Source of the DNA: Anthoceros angustus | Lineage: Eukaryota > Plantae > Anthocerotophyta | Direction: 5' to 3' | DNA length: 64,000 nt | NCBI GenBank assembly: GCA_010909165.1 | Contig: MU008192.1 | Location: 496,001-560,000, forward strand | Shown here: one piece after another, positions 58,507-64,000 of the stretch | How positions within the stretch are numbered: the stretch's first letter is position 1 | Layout of the letters: each line of letters opens with the position of its first letter | Notes under the pieces: model-generated | What the model was told of the DNA's origin: nothing | The model's input: only the letters and a program-made list of their open reading frames with translations | Database searches by the model: none | Translations under genes and position numbers: made by a program

Positions 58507-58975
58507 AGGTCTCGCACGCGTGCAGTAGGCCTTGTCTCCACGCCTTTGTTTGTTTGGCTAGGGCTTGGGCCGCATCTATTTATTCGTGCAATCGCTACAT
58601 TCCCACTTCTCAAATATCTCGTCCACATACCCACCACTTCTTCATCAACCTTCGCCACGCAGTAATCAAGTGTCCTGTTGTCCACGATTGTGATATCGAA
58701 CCTGGGGCTATGCTTTGTCGATCCCACTTGGGGATCCTCAGGGGCATACATCCACTTCCAACATCGCACTTCGAGCCCTTCGCTCTCTTGCACATCAACT
58801 CACTTCTGATGTAACGTACCCTGTCCATGAAGGTGAATGTCTTCCTGGCATCTGCGATGGTGTTGTGGTCTATGGCTACGATCCTCATCTCGTCCTCAGT
58901 GAGTCCAGCTAGCACATATGCATCCATCCACTTGAACTCTTCCTTCCTTGAACTCTCCCTTAGGCTAAGGAACGC
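58507..58975 (-). pseudogene. ParB-like N-terminal part of copy 2
   Basis: FKWMDAYVLAGLTEDEMRIVAIDHNTIADARKTFTFMDRVRYIRSELM..WTTGH..VDEIFEKWE, homologous to 38480-38810. Both copies share the exact 16-mer GTGGACAACAGGACAC. Confidence 0.75.
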
Positions 58976-59259
58976 AACCTTCCTTTGTTTCCCATGTGAG
59001 AGACCCTAAGACACGGGACGTTCCTTCGTTTTCCATGTGAGATACAGTAAGGAAACGAAGGAAGGTCCCATCCACATCCTGTGCAATTTGCATAATCAAT
59101 TTGCCGGGCAAAAGAAACGTGGGAAAGAGTTGATTACTATAGTCCCATGGTGGAAGGTTAGATGGTATCATGGTGAGCAACCTTGAAGGATAAGCTGACC
59201 ATGGTGGCTCGATGGACATTTTGAGCTACAGCATCTGTGGAGCAGACGGGCTGCAGGAT

Positions 59260-59417
59260 GAAGGCATGGCTACAACAACTTAGGGCATGCCTAGGTGGGT
59301 GACAAATAGGCTAGGTAGTGAGGCTAACTAGTAGGAGGACGAAGGCATGACTACAACAACCTAGGGCATGCCTAGGTGGGTGACAAATAGGCTAGGTAGT
59401 GAGGCTAACTAGTAGGA
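59260..59417 (+). repeat. Tandem duplication, 2 x 81 bp
   Basis: Units start at 59260 and 59341; each contains TAGGGCATGCCTAGG, also seen at 55864-55878. Confidence 0.9.
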
Positions 59418-60368
59418 TAGCTAGGCTAACCTGGAAGACCTGGACGCACAACGGTCGGAGCTGGGGGCTACTTAGCCGATGCTAAAAACAAGAACACTCT
59501 CTCGTTTCTGTCACAATAGGTGACCAGCTTGGATCCAGACAGACTCGGGACACGAAGCCACCACACCGCGCAGGAAACGGGCTAGATATTCAGAAAACGG
59601 GTACCCACTCAAACCTCGTTCCGAACGGTATGTCAAGAACCAACGGAACGGGATCCGTAATAACGCGTACATGTATAATTAGTTAAATACGTAAATAGGA
59701 AATTAGACAGTGTAGAAACGTGTAAAGAACCTCATAACCGTAGCCACAATCCGTTACTGCAAGGGTTCTTGGCATGAACGCAGCCAAGCCCTTATGTACC
59801 CACAAATCGTGAAAGAACACACGAAGTACAAGCACAATGCTGTGTGCTAATACATGGACCATGGAATTGGCACTTTTGGCACATGATGGAGGAGGGGGCA
59901 TCCTGAAAATAGCCGTTGAATATAGAAAATCTCAAAATATACTTACGTTCACCTGTTCAATGGAACTCATATTGTGCAACATAACTCCAAAGAGGTTGAT
60001 CTTTTTAGGGTTAACTTCACAATAACTACAAATATCTAGGCTTCTTGTAAGGGACCAGCGTACAACGAGGCATTAATTGATGATTAGATTTAGATATAGT
60101 GTCAATCTCTCTCTTTACTAGAAAGAAATACTTATAAATGAACACCTATATTCAATCTATCTACATCACTAATTTAATTATTAGTAATAAGTTATAAATA
60201 TATAATTTATTTTATATGATTAAATTATATGTAAGTACTATTTTATTATATAATCATATTTAAAATCTTTTATGTTGACTTTGGTGATACTATCATAAAT
60301 ATATATTTTAATTATATAAAAAAATTACATCCGTAATAGATATCCTAGACCTTAAAGAAATAAAACTA

Positions 60369-60836
60369 TTAATATGGTGCAGGACAAGCATCTATGACAC
60401 GATCAAAACTATATTCAAACCGGCAATCTACTAGATAGATTTCAGCGTCGCCAGCATTAGGACATAACTTGAATAACAATTCGTCCCGACTGACTTGGAG
60501 ACATAATAGACATTGCTCTTCACTGGACATGCTAGCACCTAAAGCATAGCAAGTGACGGATCCCCAAAGTTGGTAATAAGGAGGATGAGTAGTGACTAGT
60601 CTTGAATAGAAAGGGAAATTAACACCTTTCATTTGTTGTGACCCTAATTGAACAAGTTTTTGTGTTGCAACTCGCATGAAAATATTCGCTAGTATATAGC
60701 TTATGTTTGGGCTTCCACAACGATATTTAACTATTTCAACATTGGGAGATATTGATTCTATTTTGCATGCATTCATAAATATAGCAAAGATAATCATGCT
60801 CGTGAAAGCATAGCTCTTCTTCTTTTTGGGCGCCAT
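60369..60836 (-). CDS. Small secreted Cys-rich protein, Gnk2/DUF26-like, paralog 3 (155 aa)
   Basis: Hydrophobic N-terminus; YRCG..TCYALGASMSSEEQCLLC..LCPNAGDAEIYLVDCRFEY; same Cys spacing as paralogs 1 and 2. Confidence 0.8.
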   Translation of the reverse strand: MAPKKKKSYAFTSMIIFAIFMNACKIESISPNVEIVKYRCGSPNISYILANIFMRVATQKLVQLGSQQMKGVNFPFYSRLVTTHPPYYQLWGSVTCYALGASMSSEEQCLLCLQVSRDELLFKLCPNAGDAEIYLVDCRFEYSFDRVIDACPAPY

Positions 60837-61359
60837 TAAAAGAGTGCTTCTATCATAGCTATGTCCCTAAATTGCCAAATGCACACAATCTATATGTTTT
60901 TTGTTGGTTTTTTGTGTACAAATATTTCATGGATAGTCTTCAAAACGAGGGTATTTTTGGCAAGATACAAAAGAATCTTTTACTGACTTGATGCAACTTA
61001 CCAATCTAGTAGAAGTCTTGGGGTATAAGCTTATAAATTACGGTCTACAGATGTCTTTGGGGAGTACAAATCTTGAGAACTTTTTGGAATGTGTTTTTAT
61101 ATATGTTATTCATTGCATATATAAATATAATTATTTTATACATGATTTATACCTTGTTGGTGTGTACACGGAACTATGTGGATACTTGGTCAATGCTTTG
61201 ATAAGATTAAAGGTCCTTTGTAAAAAATATTTTAATGGAGGAAACATCTTGTATGTGTAAAAGTTTGGAGGTAATTTATTGGTCAAAAAGGAATTGATCC
61301 ATCACGCTACATAAGCAAAAACAAAGATTACTATGATGGAATTGAAGTCCACAGAGTTT

Positions 61360-61491
61360 TGTAAAAGAGCAAAAGACCATTCAATCGGTAGGTGTAAAAA
61401 GAGCAAAAGACCATTCAATAATAGGTGTGAAAAGAGCGAAAGACCATTCAATATTAGGTGTAAAAAGAGCAAACGAGCATTCAATAGTAGG
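61360..61491 (+). repeat. Minisatellite, 4 x 33 bp
   Basis: TGTAAAAAGAGCAAAAGACCATTCAATnnTAGG-like units at 61360, 61393, 61426 and 61459. Confidence 0.9.
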
Positions 61492-62856
61492 TCCAAATTG
61501 ACATAATTCTATCACTATGATGGAGGATGTTCACCTATGGCGGAGTAGTCAAGGTGTCTGATCAAGTTGGTGTTTATGTGGAAGATGAAGTCACATATTG
61601 AGTTTAAATTATCATCTATCTTTCAACAAAAAATTCAAACGCAAATGATGTCGTAATGCACTCAAATTCTTGTGGAGGCTAGTCCCCCTAGCATGATGCC
61701 CTTCGTTAAGTTTTCCCCCTCTTGTTTTTGGGGTGGATGGGTATTTCCCATTTCGTTTTTATAATAAAGTCTTCTTTCCGCTCAAAATTCTTGTTGAAGT
61801 AAAAAGATACTTTCTTCTCAATGAAATCTTACTTTTGTCGCCACACACTGTGCAGAGCTGCCTATTGTAAGAACCCTATGGGATTACTTCAACGAAACCC
61901 TTGTGCGGGTTTGGAAATTGTGATTAGAACGTTTAAGACAGCTAGAGTTTTGTACAAAGACAACTAGGGTTTATATCGAGTGACTTCTCTTGAATCACTT
62001 AAAGTATACCTAGCTAGAATATAGAATACTATAGTTTAATTTGTATTGGATGATCTATAGATCACCATGATCTAGGTACTATTATTTTTTTCACATGCTG
62101 TACAAAATATCTTTACGGTCTTTACAAAACAGCTTGATGGTGCACGTGTGAAAATAATTTTCCCTAAGTAAGACAAGTATTACCATTACGACAGACAATC
62201 ACTTACTGTAATGTCTATGTAAAAAAGATGTAGATCCACACAACAAGGTAAATCAAGATATAAGTTTTCGTACATCACATACTATAATATATATCTATAT
62301 AAGAAAGACGTAGTTCCACAATACAAGTTGAATCTAGATATAAGCTTCTGCAAATGGGTACGGAAGTTCATCCTTACATCCTTACACCGTTGACGGTCTG
62401 GCAGGCAATATATTTTTTTTCTATTTTAAAATATAAAAGGAATATACCAAATTCTTAAAATCAGGGTATCGTTGGTTTCAAAATTTGTGTCCTTGGTAGG
62501 GATCATATATCAAGTTTTTGAGAAATTCAACAAGTTCTCTTTTTCCGTTTATGTTACCCATATTATAAGGATGGAGGAGAAAGTTGCTTGTGAAGATCTC
62601 GATACTTATGAGGAGCTGGATACCTATTTTACCAATGGCCTTGCACCGACAGCAGAAGGACAAGAAGACAAGGTATGTGTTGAAGAGCTTTTGATGCCCC
62701 TGGTACCCGTACCTGGTAGATCGAAAGTTGCAAAACCATGAACATGTGATTCGTGTGGTGTGACTCATGGTGTACCGGTACGCTCTCTCGCAACCCAATG
62801 ACACTTTGGTCAGCAAACTCCACCACTTTTTTGTGTGTTGAAATACCTGCCGATGG

Positions 62857-62956
62857 TTTCTGTTAGCTCTATGCATCACGCCTGTGAAAAGTAGGCCTTC
62901 TGCCTTTCTGTTAGCTCTTTGCATCACGCCTATGAAAAGTAGGCTTTCTGCCTTTC
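62857..62956 (+). repeat. Tandem duplication, 2 x 48 bp
   Basis: TTTCTGTTAGCTCT(A/T)TGCATCACGCCT(G/A)TGAAAAGTAGGC(C/T)TTCTGCC at 62857 and 62905. Confidence 0.9.
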
Positions 62957-63317
62957 CAGCTTTCAGCAGGCCTGTGACTATATTCTTACTGCCGGTTTGA
63001 TGGACGTACGTGGTGCCCGATTTATCATGGCCTTGCTGACCTCAATCAAGCCAGAATCGGGGGAGCCGAACGAGCGACGTAGGCGAATCAATTTCATGCT
63101 GCCTGGACATTCTGTGCTGATCGTGAGCGCTGGCCGGCACCCGAGTTGCTCCAACGTCAATCCCGCAGCCTAGACCTGATCGATTGCCACAGCTGCAAGA
63201 GGTTTGTCAGTTTCTACAAGTCCAGTTGTTGGGCAGAGGCAGAGGCAGAGGCAGAGGCAGTGGCTGTGGCTGTGGCGGTGGCTGTGGGCTGTGGCATTTC
63301 CTGGGTTTCAGGCATCC

Positions 63318-64000
63318 ATGGAAAGCAGCAGGCCCGCCGCGGCTCCCCCGGCTTCGCTGAATTGCAATGCGGCAACGGCGACTGTGACGCCCGATGACTG
63401 CAGGAAGGCGCCTGCCGGCGGGGAGGACCTGGAGGCCGGGAAGGCGCAGGCAGAGATCCCGCATGTTTTGCCGTTGCCTGTCGTGGCTTATGTTAGTTAT
63501 AGGGACATTCTCAAGCATTTCACCATCCTTGGATGGACCGCGTTCGGTGGACCGGCTGCGCACATTGCCATATACGAGAAGGTTGGTTTTGTGATGTCGG
63601 CTTCCCAATGCGCGTGTGTGTCTGTGTTAACTTTGTGTTTCACATTCCTGGATGACTTGTTGAAAGCCAATGTGTCCACCGCTTGTTGAAAGCCAAATGA
63701 GCAAGCCACAGCTTGTTGAAAGCCAATGTGTGTGTGTGCGCTAGTCTTTCAGTTTGCTGTGTGCACTTTGTTCCCTTTCCATCTGAGGACGACGACTCTC
63801 TTGCTTTTTTATTATGATGTTGTTGGCGAGTTTGTGGATAGGGAATTGAAAGTTGCAGTGTTGTCGTTGCCTTGGTTGGGTGCAGCGTTTGGTGGACCAA
63901 TTGCACTGGATGACCACGGATGTGTTTGCAGAACTCTTCGCCCTGGCACAGTGCTTGCCGGGGCCTACATCCAGCCAGATCTCCTTCACTGTAGGGATAA
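63318..64000 (+). CDS. Chromate ion transporter (CHR family), 5' part; runs off the window
   Basis: Exon 63318-63581 ends HFTILGWTAFGGPAAHIAIYEK; intron 63582-63885; exon from 63886 reads RLVDQLHWMTTDVFAELFALAQCLPGPTSSQISFTVG. GGP and PGP motifs are those of PF02417. Confidence 0.88.

Noticed and set aside
62470-62830. GTPase-like DLPGTGT (minus) or acidic ORF 62472-62741 (plus)
   Set aside because: No P-loop or other supporting motif; both frames are broken.

Overview
Eukaryotic land-plant DNA, probably a non-seed plant such as a hornwort, other bryophyte or lycophyte. This is inferred from ~65-135 nt GT-AG introns, a CHR chromate-transporter gene and single-DUF26 proteins; the taxon cannot be fixed from sequence alone. 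Bases 1-20100 are GC-rich and gene-dense: a CIB/BPE-type bHLH gene (8 exons), a giant single-exon OVATE protein, a fasciclin-like arabinogalactan protein and an 8-exon TOPORS-like RING protein. Bases 20100-62900 are a nest of decayed mobile elements (several Ty1/copia pieces and two copies of an ORF-bearing repeat lacking recognisable gag/pol) plus AT-rich islands holding three small secreted Gnk2/DUF26-like genes. A chromate-transporter gene starts at the right edge. Main discovery candidate: a 12.76 kb segment (28183-40940) bounded by perfect 26-bp terminal inverted repeats. It carries a Sola-like DDE transposase (minus strand, split by a nested insertion) and, divergently, a decayed gene joining a ParB-like module to a bacterial-type beta-class amino-DNA-methyltransferase (N4-C/N6-A, PF01555-like). 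A second decayed homolog of that gene lies at ~53000-58975, with its middle 2 kb apparently flipped between two inverted ~380-bp TG...CA repeats. Everything was read by eye. No database search was run, so all family assignments are motif recognition and need HMM confirmation.
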